From the NCBI RefSeq assembly GCF_003918875.1, contig NW_025767679.1, positions 620,001 through 684,000 of the forward strand: a stretch of 64,000 bases of DNA, read 5' to 3'. This document shows, piece by piece, positions 24,049 to 36,095 of the stretch. This DNA is from Haliotis rubra (Eukaryota). Each line of letters opens with the position of its first letter. The stretch's first letter is position 1. The notes beneath the pieces are model-generated. The model did no database searches, was not told the origin of the DNA, and was given only the letters and a program-made list of their open reading frames with translations. The translations under genes and the position numbers were made by a program.

Positions 24049-25588
24049 TGATAATGCATGAATGTGCAATCCAATAGCTTTAGTTAATGACCTGTAAATA
24101 TACTCCTACGACCTCTCAGTAGCGAAAGTGTATCAGTTAGCATCATGATTTTAGTGGTTTTAAATCATTTGAAAAATACAAACAACAACATATTTATTTA
24201 GCTTTAGATGACATCTTCATCTGGTGTGGGGCTGTTTGTTGTTTACTGTTCTGTGATTGATGTTTTATATGTGATCTGTGTGTTTTAATACTAATTCAAA
24301 CCCTTAGTCTTGTTAACTTAAATCAGTTTTGTAAAAAAAACTATGTCTATGACATAATTTATTGTTAATTGAATATCTTTATTAAAAATTTCAAAATAGA
24401 ATAATTTCTGATGAATTTATGGAACATTAAATATCTCTGTTAAAATTTTAAAATTAAAATCATTTTCAAATGAATATATCTTACGTTAGGTGGGTTCATC
24501 TGTTTCTGTTTGTATCTAAGTTTAGGGTCTATATTTACAGTTGGTGTCAAAAATGGTTGTGGCCTGAACTGAACAGTAGAATTTTCAGATTGGTTCATTT
24601 TCACTGACTGACTGTTTGTCATCCAAAAAAAAATGTAGAAGAATGTCTTCTAAAAAGTTCAGAAAATTGAAAAAAAGTAGACAAATTACATTTGTCTCAA
24701 ATATAATGACTGGAAGGATCATTTTAGCAGCAAAAGCTGCAAAAATATGTAAACATATTGTAGAGCAATAAAGTAACTCACTCACTCATTCAAACTGTTT
24801 TGTAAACACTTGTTGCTTAATGGTGTTAAAAGAAAACAGTGAATTTTCAAATTTCTGCATGTGAAAGATTTCAGTAGAATGAGGTAGGTTAATACAATGA
24901 GGTGGTGAGACCTCTTACTTTGACTGTAAACTCTGACAGTATAACAGTCACAACATAACAGTTTCCTAAACACTCTTATCTTAACCATCCCAAACTAACA
25001 GTACTTTCTTTGATCCTGTGTAAGAATGGCAGCACATCCTGCAGTGATCATGTTGCATAAGGCAGTCTCTAGGGGCATAAATGTTTCAGGGTGTTTTAGT
25101 GGAGTATCTGTTCTATCTGACACACAGCAAGGTGTTATGCAACTTCACTTGAACATATGGCATAATCCAGGGTTCAGTCAGAGGTCAGAGTAGGAGGGAG
25201 GTATAAATAGCCCTTGTGGTTTGGGCAGTTAACCTATATTGGAATTGTGTAAATACTTGAAGTTCGTTGACAGCTACATGAAGGTAGTGTCTCTAACCGA
25301 TTTGGTTGATGCAGTTTGTTTAAGGGTTGTTTCGTGTATAGAGAACTTTGTAAATGTCTGACTGTTTATTTATTTAAAGATATGTTTTGAATTCAGGACA
25401 GTATGATGCAGTTATATTCAATTCAGATTATGAACCAATGTTACATTTTTATGTTGAATATTTCAATAAATTTATATTCATTCAATATATGTTATATTGG
25501 GAGTCTTTAATGGCAATGTTTGAGGCTTGAAATCATTCCACCTCAAGACATTTTTATAAGTAAAATGAAAAAAATATTAAGTAATACT

Positions 25589-25670
25589 TATGAGACAAAA
25601 TATTATGGATGTCAGCTTTTTGTTCTTTATTGTGTACACCAAGTTGGCATCCATAATATTTTGTTTCATA
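25589..25670. repeat. AT-rich inverted repeat, probable MITE remnant
   Basis: About 30-bp arms TATGAGACAAAATATTATGGATGTCAGCTT/AAGTTGGCATCCATAATATTTTGTTTCATA. Confidence 0.6.
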
Positions 25671-28600
25671 CTTAATACCAATTTTTATGTGCCTCTCAAG
25701 AACCCCATTAAGTGAAATTGTAAAACATTATTTCAAGATATCTTGTGTGGAAGGTTTTTTTCATGTTATTATTAACCATATCATCATTAGGTATGAGTTT
25801 TAAAGCATTGGATTAGGTTTTGACATTTAGATAAGTGTAATTCTGTTGTAAAATGAAGTGTCTAAAATGGGTTCTTTTCATCTATTATAGATTTTCATTT
25901 ACAAGTGCGTCATTCTGTTTCATTCAAGTACAAGATAAAAGAAATAGAGATGTTTTTCTATTGTTGGATTAATTTTCTATCTCCTTTAAATGTCTATTTA
26001 ATTAACTATTTATGGTTTAACTTGAAAAAATTACGAAGATTATACTTATGTGAATGCGACTTCAATGTTTTTATAACTGATGTAGTGTACTTTGCATGAA
26101 TCAACATGTGTGTGATATCTGCAGTTGGTATGGGATGATGGAAGTTGATGGACCAGTGGGTGGTATTCATTTTATCTGTAGTATTTAACTTGTCATTTTT
26201 CATGTTCACTGTCACCACTCATGTCAGAGACAAGGCCATAGTGGACATGTGGACATGGCTAATCCCATCCAGTCTGCACACACCATCCCATTAGCTTGCA
26301 ACAATATTTACAAAATCAACACAAACTGAGACTCATAGACAGAAAGTAATTTCCTACCAACTGCTCTCATAATAAGATAGCGATTTCCTGTAAACTGCTT
26401 CTCTAGGAGACCAAACAAGAGCTGGAATTGAACAGAGAGAATTGACAAGTTGAAATCAGCAAGTGCCAATCAAACTGTTGGTGTGGGGATGAAATAAACA
26501 CCATCTTCAGTTTCAAGGATACAAGTCAACATGGCTACTGCTTTGATTGCCTTTAATGGAAATTGATCAACTGTGATGTGTAAGTGTTGTTTCGTTTGCA
26601 ACCAACCATCTGATTTTCATGCATAGGTTTTTTAATGCAAACATCATTTTGAATTTAGTCATTTTACTAACATTGTAGTTGTTTGGTGCCATGAAGTTCA
26701 TATTTGCAAGCTTTTAGTTCAGTGATTTTCTCTTGCAGTGGAAATCGTTTAAGCTTCACTTCTGCTGTATATGCTTCAATATATGATCATAAATGTGGGT
26801 GGAAATATTTTGTCCATTTGTAATCTTTTTGAAAGGATGTTGACCATTAGTGGACATTATTTAGACCAGGGTCCAGGCAATTACTTATTGAAATGCCAGT
26901 GTTGACATGGACGATCATCCATATATTGGTCATTTCACTTGATAATGAGCTTCAACTGGGGTGTTTTGTGTTGAGGGGTGGGTGAGGCTCGTGCTTTGAA
27001 AAGTAGTGGTTGTGTCAACATACTGGACGTTCACTGGACACACACTGGACAGGTCAGGAGCATATTGCTTTTAACCACCACTCCACGATGAATGCATTTC
27101 CAAGTGCAGGTTTTCATTCTGACAATTCTGTATAGTGTTGATTGAATTGAGTTTTTGTCACACTTGAAATTGCCTGTCCAGTTTTGAATTTTACATCAGC
27201 AATTACTGTGGTAACTATGACAACCCCAAATATTTGTTAGCACCTTGTTTATACTAAAAACAAATGTTTATGTGAGTAAAATGAAATCTAGATTTCAAAT
27301 GTGACATTCAAAAGACTTTTGAAATTCGGAAGGTCAGTTGTCCTTGTTAGACCCTAATGGTAACAATTGAACATCAAGGGGCTTATAGATGAAAGGCTGT
27401 TGTAGGAGATCACGCATCACCTTCTTCCTTTATACACAGGTAGATTATCACCACATGCATTTTGTGAATATGTGATCTCCTGACTTACACATATATCAAT
27501 GATACATGAAGAATGTGGAATACTCCAAGAGCATTAAGAGGTTAATACTGATAATTAATATCTTTCCTTCCACCATGGTAACGTCTCAGCTGCCATTTTC
27601 CTAATCAAGATTATTGTGTGTTCCCATTACATTTAATATATCTCTACAGTTACCTAATTTAAAATAGACTTCACAATATAGTTTTGCATAAATTGGTATG
27701 AAAGTAAAATGGGTGTATTTGTTGTGTTTTTTTATAATTATCATTCCATATATTTAAGCCAATTCTTTAAATAAAATGGCAAGTAAGGTTTATATCCTTG
27801 AATAATCAGAACAGAAAAGAATTTTATTCTCAAAAAACACAAAAAGTGATATAGAGAACATACAGGTATTATACCGTATGTAAATATAAATAAAACATTA
27901 ATCAACAGTTGGTAGACAACAACATAACCAGTTACATTTTTCTGCGCGTTATTGTGCAACATGCCCCGCCCATTTCTATATCATGTATATTGGCCAATAA
28001 CGATACTGTAGTCTGCTTATGGACATGGACAAACTTTTAGCAGGTATATTATATCAAAAGATTTGCTTGCCCTAATTAAAATTTTGTAATCATTGCAAGA
28101 GCATTTAATTCCTAGATCACAAAACAGTCTTCCCATACATTCGAGATATACCAAAATGTGATATTTTTCACAGAACACAAGGAATTGTTCTTCTCACTTC
28201 TTCCATTTCTTTCTGTCTGTGTGTTCCGAGACCTGAGATTTGTCAGTGTGGATGCTTTACCATGTTGTTGTCCAGATCAAGTACTCCTGAGTGCCTGGGT
28301 GGCGTACAGTTCTTAGGATTCAGCAACAACTTCTAAGTTTACTTGTATGTTTCAGGTTTGACCGCTGCCCAGCTGACCTTTCCTGGACAGACAGCAGCCC
28401 CTCTGGTAGTCTCCAAGCACCTCAGTGTATTCATAACAACTAGGGATCTCTGACCTTTCAAGTACGTGTGTATTTTCTTAATTTTAGTCGGCAAAAGAAA
28501 CGGTGATCCTGATGGATGATGCTTGTTTTCTGTTTTTCCTGTTTCTTAAGAAAAATGTGCCTACTAACAGACAGATCGTTCTTTGAGAGCACATTTTGTC

Positions 28601-29301
28601 AGGACTGCATAATGTGTTTGACCAAACTGTTGGCAGTAAACTGAAGAATTGAAATGGTTCTTGTGGTCCCTGCCTCTTTGTATATATTCTGATTTAAACT
28701 TAAAACTGGGGAGAGGTATGTGATGAGGCTTGTAGAACTCCTGCATATGTACAGTAATATCTTGGCATATCCTCTTGCATCATATTTCACAAGCCCATCT
28801 TGTACCTGTGACTGCTGTACCTCTAGGTTAAGTTATGTCAGTGTTCAAACTTCAGCTGAAAGTCACAGGTCTGTGTCAGTGCCCTAGTGGTAGGTGGTAA
28901 AGATATATTGGGGTACCTTCATTCCATCAAGCAGTCTTCAATGACCACTGTAATTTTGAAGGATGTTAAGCAATATGGGATATTTATGGAATGAGATCCT
29001 GAAACAGGCAAACCGGTGGTTGATAGCGCAAGCATCTCTCTCTGTTGATGGTTGTGAAATAACAGTAAATCAACCAATGGGATTGTGTCACCTGTGGTCA
29101 CCCACAGTGGTTCTATCAGTTCTAAGCTGGTGTTGTCAGTTTAGCAGCCTCTGGAGCTATTTGAGACAACCTTCATGATCTATATTCCCACAAAGCAGAG
29201 GTGAGCTGAGACATGTCCTGCCACTGGATACCCAAATGTGTTGTTGTTCATAGGAAACATTCATCTTGTTGTGTCACATAAACCTCAGTTGATGGTTGTC
29301 C

Positions 29302-29435
29302 TGGGGTTACTAGGTGGTTAAGGAATCAGCTTGACACACCAAAGACCTGGTATAATTCTCCACATTTATGCAATGTGTGAAGTCCATTCCTGGTATCCCC
29401 CAAAAAGAACCATCTGCAATATTGGTAAAAGTAGC
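29302..29435 (+). mobile_element. Degenerate SINE family A copy
   Basis: GTGGTTAAGG...AAGACCTGG...CAATGTGTGAAGTCCATTCCTGGTATCCCC...AATATTGGTAAAAG aligns to family A. Confidence 0.65.
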
Positions 29436-31966
29436 ATTTTGTAAATTGAAAATTTCACTTTGATTTCATCTTTGAATTTATTTGTTAACAATTTACAATT
29501 AACAACAGAAAGATTATTTTCATGTTCAGTTTGCGCCATCAGAAAGTTTTTGACGCAATGAAGCTTGACACAGTCAAATGGTCTTCATATGACATATGTT
29601 GCTCTTGTTTGTTTCTGATTATATATGAAACTCCTATGGATTATCTATCGGGTCAGTTACAGACAGGCACCGATGATCCTATCACAGTGCTCAGCACTGA
29701 ACCATCACCACCATTATGCTACAGGCATTTAGATTTCAGTGAACACAATGGTTCATATTGCACATAAATCATGCTTGAATTAATCTGAAAGCATATCTCA
29801 TGAGATCGATTTCAACATGGAACATGCCTGAATAACTTCTCCGTTTAACAATGAGACATGAATATTTCACTCACCACATTATCAGCTTGCATGACAAACA
29901 GGTCAACTAAATACCTCCAATCTGTGTAGATTAAGGGGTCACTGTAGCAGATACACTAACATATATGTGAGCCTGATGTTTGATGTTCTAGGGGAGGTTC
30001 TGGGATGTTTTTACAACATAACCTTTCTTAAAATTAATTTTTTTACGTAAAACTATAAACACAAGCTTGATATACTGAAAAAGAATATCTTGTGGATAAA
30101 AAGACCTCAAGCCTGTTTGAATTATTTTTTTTTTTTTTTTTTTTAGAAACAAAAACCCTGTCCACACCCTCATTTTGTTAAATGGTTGGCCCCTTCCTAG
30201 CCTTATTTACATTGGGATGAGACTCTGTACTGACATTGATCATATACACATGTGCCAACATTGCTGTGCATTGATTGTATATCATATTGGCCACTTAGAC
30301 CAGTATCACATAGGTGTGAAGGTGTAGGATATTGTCAATGGCATGTGCAGATATGTGATAATGATTCTTCTCATGCATGTAGGTACATGTCCCCAAATAG
30401 ACTTGTTGATGTAATTGGCTAGTTTGCTCTTGTCCATGTTGATCTTTGATATGGACATTGACAATCTGTCACTATGTTGGGACAGATTAACACTTCAGGA
30501 TACGGGACTCTATGTCTTAAAGTAAGGGCACATTCTCAATATGATTGTTGTTGTTGATTACAATTCAGTGGGATTTCTTGGTAAGGACCTGAATGCATAT
30601 TTCATGCAGTGTTAGTAAATTTGATGTCATTTTGTGCCTTAGCCTGATTTGACAAGTAGTAAAAAAAAGTACATTTAGATCTTTGATAATTTTTGAAAGA
30701 AATTATGAAGAACAGCAGAAGACAATATCGTAGAGACTTATAAGTGATGTAAAACATTTTGATTAATTATGTGAAGACAATATCTGAACTCAGATAATGT
30801 TTCACGTTTTATGAGGGGTTAGTATTAATTGTTCTAATGAAGGAATTCTTAAGGGGCTCATATGAATAAGTTCAATGTGCCATGTTGAGAGATTGCTTTC
30901 AAAAGAAAATCTCCTCAAATCCCAACCAACATATACAATTAAGTATTTTGTTGCTGTGGTATTAAATCTTCAGCTAGAGTTATGCTTGAGGCAAAAAAAA
31001 AAAATAGAGAAATATTATGTGCATGTCAGCCATATGCCACAAATTGACATGTAATACGAAACACAAAATGTTTTCTTCTTAATATATATCTTTTAGATAA
31101 ATGAGTTTTCTGGACGTACAAATCTATTAAGGGAACTGCTGGAATCATTTATTCATGGCCAAGGAATACGCTGCCATTTGGAGTTATTCTTATGTGTTGT
31201 CTAGAATACCTGAAACCTGTAATTGTATTCCTCTAGCAGAAAAAGAACGTCAAAAGGAAAGCATTGAACTATTGATCTTTTGATTAACAAGCTAAAGAAC
31301 GTCTCACGAAGCAACTTACTGTTGACTGATGATGATACTGGAAGCATTACAGTGTCTTGTAGCATCTTGATTTGGGTAATAAATTACTCAATTTAGTTAA
31401 CTGGCTCTGCAGAATCATTCAGAAGCCAACAGAAGCTGGAACAACTGGCCTTTGATGTTCCTTGGAATGTTTCCTTGAGGTAGGAAGATTTGTACCGGTA
31501 TTCAAATCTGTATTGTATGTGATAAAGTCTGACTACCTTGTACTGTTGAAAAATCCATCACATTGAAAGAGTGAGAATAAGAAAAGGGATTCTTACAGAT
31601 TGGGAATTACTGTGTAAAATGCATCTTTAGGGACTTGGTTGCAATTTACATCTATGTGATCAAATACACATACAAGCATTATGAGTCTCTGAATATTTTT
31701 TAAATCTACACCTGAAATCTTTAAGACTTCAGGTTGAGATGGAATGGAAGATAAAAAAACCAAAACATACCAAATAGTAGTAGGGGGAATGATAAGAAAA
31801 AGACGTATAGGTGCACCTTTGCTTAGAAGCTTCCATACGGGCTAATTCTGCTACCAGCCTAGTAAAAAATGAGTGTTTGCCCAAACCCTTCGACAAGACC
31901 ACTTTCGGCTGCTCCCAATGCAGTGCACTCCCAGTTAGAGCTATGTGGGTGCATGGATATAGAAAC

Positions 31967-33140
31967 ATGCCAGGAACCAAGCTCTCGCGCGAAGCCTATA
32001 CCGAGATCCGATCGGGTCGTTTGTCCCTTCGGGAAGCGAAGAGGAAGTACCACATATCGCAAGCTCGATACACGCGAATCCGAGGTGGTATAGACCCCGA
32101 GCCCCAGACGACGACAACTCCCGACATGGCCGAAGACTTGAGGCCCTGCTGCAGAAGTGTCGCCCGTGTTGCTTTCCCGACCGAGAGAAACAAATCCTGG
32201 GGCAATCGGGGCACACCTTCTCTGGCTACCAGATCCCCAAACAGTTTCTCGAACTCTACTTGCTGTGCTTTCACCCACTAGTAGAAGCCGGCAAAATAGT
32301 CGATTTCGTCTACATCTACCCACCCAACCAATTTCGACCCTCGGCGGCAAACTCGAATCATTCTCGCCGGCGACTGCTATCCGGGCCCCAAGGACAGACA
32401 CAACCGATGCACTGACTGCCTCGCCACTCTATCGGAACTGCCTGCTCTCATCGGACCCCGACAACTCGATGCAGTAAGTCGCGGCGCCATCGACCACTGC
32501 GTCGACAGCAAGAAATGTGTTCTCTGGGAAAAGAAAGCGATAGACTACACACCCCAGGAGCGACTCCAACTCGAGGTTCCAGAAGAGATCGTGCTCGACA
32601 GCTGTTTTCGCGAATATAGAGAACCTGTACGACAACGCGTGCGCTTTCTGGAGCATACGGTATGCACTCCTCGCCAGCAAATTTGTGGACCATTGTCCAT
32701 GCAAGGAGAAAGAGTCTTGTATCTTCCGGCAGCTATCGGGGAAAGCAGAGGTACCACAGGGACGGGGCAATATTTGGCATACCCCATTGCCTAACTATGG
32801 CGGACCCAAGGATATGGAAGTAGCACCCCCTCCGTGCAGCGAACACAGAAAAGCCGCAGACGTCCCAGAAGGAGTCTACTTGTGCAAAAAGTTTGCTGTA
32901 GCGAGATACGAAGGGAAGAACCGGCTGTTGTTGCTACTCGATCCCCCGACTGGGGAAACAATTCCAGTCTACGGCTACAAGATACGAGAAACGATTCGGG
33001 CCGCCGGTGGAATAGAACGCCTACGGTTGGTGCGGGAACCGTTTCTGTGCATGCTAGGCAAAATCTGCCGCTCTCCCATATCGAAAGAGAAAGACGATAG
33101 AGAAGTCGACTTGCTGCTTCCAGACCTTGGGCGAGAATAG
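31967..33140 (+). pseudogene. Frameshifted gene: N-terminal psq-like HTH, Cys-containing middle, uncharacterised C-terminal domain
   Basis: MPGTKLSREAYTEIRSGRLSLREAKRKYHISQARYTRIRGG resembles a pipsqueak-type HTH. Protein-like open frames continue by about 3 frame changes into track ORF 32685-33140. Confidence 0.5.
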
Positions 33141-33143
33141 CTT

Positions 33144-33406
33144 CTATGGGCCCTTCCAGACACCGCAGGGCCAGGGAGAGTAGACCTCCAGCAGCTCGCC
33201 TAGTATTTTTGCAGATGCAGTCGCGGGCTGGGGGTTGCAAAGGACGAATGGAAATTAAATACACTTGTCTAGGCCCGTTTTAAGTATTCCAACTGCTTTT
33301 CATGGAATTTGTGGTACGGAAAGTAGGGCACACGCCCCGACGGGGAAAAACAAACGCATGGTTCGTATACCCTACAACAATACTTTTTTCCCCAAAAACG
33401 CTGCAT
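33144..33406 (-). pseudogene. Small disrupted ORF (MQRFWGKKYCCRVYEPCVCFSP...ELLEVYSPWPCGVWKGP)
   Basis: ATG lies 8 nt after the stop of the 33415-33873 ORF and the proposed stop abuts the + gene stop. Joining the two halves needs a frameshift and passes one stop. Confidence 0.3.
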
Positions 33407-33414
33407 TCCACACT

Positions 33415-33873
33415 CTACTCCATATGGAAGGGATCCCCACATTTGGTCTTGGGTGTTTCTACCTTCTCTGTCGGTGTGTGGAGGGGGTGCACGAAGGGGG
33501 AAACTGGTTTGCTGTGCTTCCAGGTCTTGTAGACGACCTTCCAGAGAAACAGGGCGGCTAGCGAAAGGTAGGTCCACCTTTGGGCTGTTTCTAGCAACTG
33601 CCGCACCTTCTGGATATCCAGACGGGTCTCTTCTTGTTCCTCCTCGACGTTTTCTATTTCCTCCCGGAGTTCTTCCTTGTCGTCCTTGTCCAGCATCGAC
33701 AAGATGTCGACCAACAAATTCGTGGTTTGCTCCACACGAGCCGGCAACGAATTCGTGGTTTGCTCCACACGAGCCGACATCACCGCAGTTTGCTCCACAC
33801 GAGCCTCGAGCCTCCCCAAGCGAGCCTCTCCAAGCGATATTAATTGATCAGATGAAGTGTGTGAAGACTTCAC
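33415..33873 (-). CDS. Hypothetical coiled-coil protein with a hydrophobic (possible TM) segment
   Basis: 152-codon ORF with E/K/R heptads (DKEELREEIENVEEEQEETRLDIQKVRQLL), hydrophobic WTYLSLAALFLWKVVY and three in-frame ARVEQT repeats. The true ATG may be at 33920 across a frameshift. Confidence 0.55.
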   Translation of the reverse strand: MKSSHTSSDQLISLGEARLGRLEARVEQTAVMSARVEQTTNSLPARVEQTTNLLVDILSMLDKDDKEELREEIENVEEEQEETRLDIQKVRQLLETAQRWTYLSLAALFLWKVVYKTWKHSKPVSPFVHPLHTPTEKVETPKTKCGDPFHME

Positions 33874-33956
33874 TCCTCTTGCAAAGCGAACAAAACCATC
33901 TCAGAAGTACAAACCGTCATGCTACTTAAAAAATACATCCCGCTCTAGCAAAAGCG

Positions 33957-35345
33957 TATGGAATAGTCAGTGTTGTAATGTATACAAGCACACATACAAG
34001 ACAATGTGTGGAATATCCAGTGTTGTAATATATACAAGCACACACATAGGGCAATGTGTGGAATAGTCAGTGTTGTAATATATACAAGCACACATACAAG
34101 ACAATGTGTGGAGTATAGTCAGTGTTGTAATGTATACAAACACACACATAGGACAATGTATGGAATAGTCAGTGTTGTAATATATACAAGCACACATACA
34201 AGACAATGTGTGGAGTATAGTCAGTGTTGTAATATATACAAGCACACATACAAGACAATGTGTGGAGTATAGTCAGTGTTGTAATATATACAAACACACA
34301 CATAGGACAATGTGTGGAATAGTCAGTGTTGTAATACATACAAGCACACACATAGGACAATGTGTGGAATAGTCAGTGTTGTAATATATATCCAAGCACA
34401 CATACAAGACAATGTGTGGAATATAGTCAGTGTTGTAATATATACAAGCACATATACTCATAGAAAACAATAAGGGAAAACATGAAAGTACAAGTGTTCC
34501 TTTATTTATTTCCAGAATTTCACTCACAGTGCAATACATACCTTGTGAAGAAACCTGGAAAAGAATAAAGGAAGACTTGTACTTTCATGTGTTCCCTTAT
34601 TCGTTTCCATGAGTATATACAGGACAATGTGTGGAATATGTCAGTGTTGTAATATATACAAGCACACATACAGGACAATGTGTGGAATATGTCAGTGTTG
34701 TAATATATACAAGCACACATACAGGACAATGTGTGGAATATGTCAGTGTTGTAATATATACAAGCACACATACAGGACAATGTGTGGAATATAGTCAAGT
34801 GTTGTAATATATACAAGCACACATACAGGACAATGTGTGGAATATGTCAGTGTTGTAATATATACAAGCACACATACAGGACAATGTGTGGAGTATAGTC
34901 AGTGTTGTAATATATACAAGCACACATACAGGACAATGTGTGGAGTATAGTCAGTGTTGTAATATATACAAGCACACATACAGGACAATGTGTGGAGTAT
35001 AGTCAGTGTTGTAATATATACAAGCACACATACAGGACAATGTGTGGAATATGTCAGTGTTGTAATATATACAAGCACACATACAGGACAATGTGTGGAA
35101 TATGTCAGTGTTGTAATATATACAAGCACACATACAGGACAATGTGTGGAATATGTCAGTGTTGTAATATATACAAGCACACATACAGGACAATGTGTGG
35201 AATATGTCAGTGTTGTAATATATACAAGCACACATACAGGACAATGTGTGGAATATGTCAGTGTTGTAATATATACAAGCACACATACAGGACAATGTGT
35301 GGAATATGTCAGTGTTGTAATATATACAAGCACACAAATGTGGAA
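33957..35345. repeat. 51-52-bp minisatellite with a MITE insertion
   Basis: Unit ATGTGTGGAATATGTCAGTGTTGTAATATATACAAGCACACATACAGGACA in tandem. Confidence 0.95.
34453..34617. mobile_element. TA-flanked MITE (Tc1/mariner-like) inside the minisatellite
   Basis: Arms TATACTCATAGAAAACAATAAGGGAAAACATGAAAGTACAAG/CTTGTACTTTCATGTGTTCCCTTATTCGTTTCCATGAGTATA. A relative lies at 49605-49761. Confidence 0.85.
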
Positions 35346-35987
35346 TAATCGGTGTTGTGATATATATGAATGTGGTTGTGTTTTGAGACATGTTACTTTT
35401 TTCGGCCACAACAAACAGTCTAATCATGGCTGTCACTTGTGTGCCCTCATGGTCCATTAGACGAGTAAACACATGCAGAGTAAACACATGCTAAGTAAAC
35501 ACAGCCAACTGCCATATCAACATTACAAATAAACACTAGTACCTCTCCCGACAGCTGGGCCACTCAAAAATAATGAGCCTGAAATAATGTGACATCTTAC
35601 CTAGTGTAAAAATAATCACGTCAGATCTAAATTCTAAATCTTTGTGCTTTCATTGATGCTAAAAATAAGAAGTCAAAACCAGGAGCTTCCATCTTATGAA
35701 TGTCCAGACATTTTCATCTATCGGAGATCAGAGGATCAGGAAAGTTGTCAGAGATACAGAAATAATATGGAATTTGACTTTTGACTTTCTCGCCCCTTTG
35801 TAATATACATGTGTTTCTCCTGAAGGGAGGCACTTAGCAGTGATGGAACTGACTACAAGTACCATGGGGAGGCCTGCTGTTGAGATAGGTACTTGTGGGT
35901 CACCCATGGTGCTGTGTTTTGGAGATTTATCTCCTGACCAGAAACATGTTTCACATTGACCCTGTGAAGTGAATATAAATTCGGAAA

Positions 35988-36095
35988 ATATAAGTTAAGG
36001 ACCAGCCCAATATCAAATATTTAAGTATTTTATGGATCATAATATGAACTATCAAATACTTTAATATTGAAAATTGGGGTGGTCCTTACCTTATT
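35988..36095. mobile_element. Degenerate fold-back MITE
   Basis: About 40-bp imperfect arms TAAGTTAAGGACCAGCCCAATATCAAATATTTAAGTATTT/AAATACTTTAATATTGAAAATTGGGGTGGTCCTTACCTTA. Confidence 0.6.

Larger units (their letters stand above)
31776..33956. mobile_element. CpG-rich, gene-dense foreign island; putative Maverick/Polinton-like or DNA-virus-derived fragment
   Basis: Abrupt rise in GC and CpG, an AGTAGTAG start at 31776, and intronless convergent ORFs with stops 3 nt apart. No polymerase, integrase or capsid gene is visible. Confidence 0.55.

Noticed and set aside
28357-28461. Possible exon TTTCAG|...|GTACGT
   Set aside because: Stops in all three frames and only moderate splice signals; unsupported without RNA data.
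45-31700. Short 60-100 aa track ORFs outside the island
   Set aside because: Low-complexity, AT-biased compositions, often with non-ATG starts and no recognisable domains; lengths are as expected by chance.
31815-33965. TIRs for the island (TTCCATACG / CGTATGGAA and TTTGCT / AGCAAA)
   Set aside because: The short matches occur in inconsistent order and do not form a terminal inverted repeat.
33967-35487. Long Cys/Tyr-rich repetitive ORFs on both strands
   Set aside because: They are translations of the 51-bp (multiple of 3) minisatellite, with no coding evidence.
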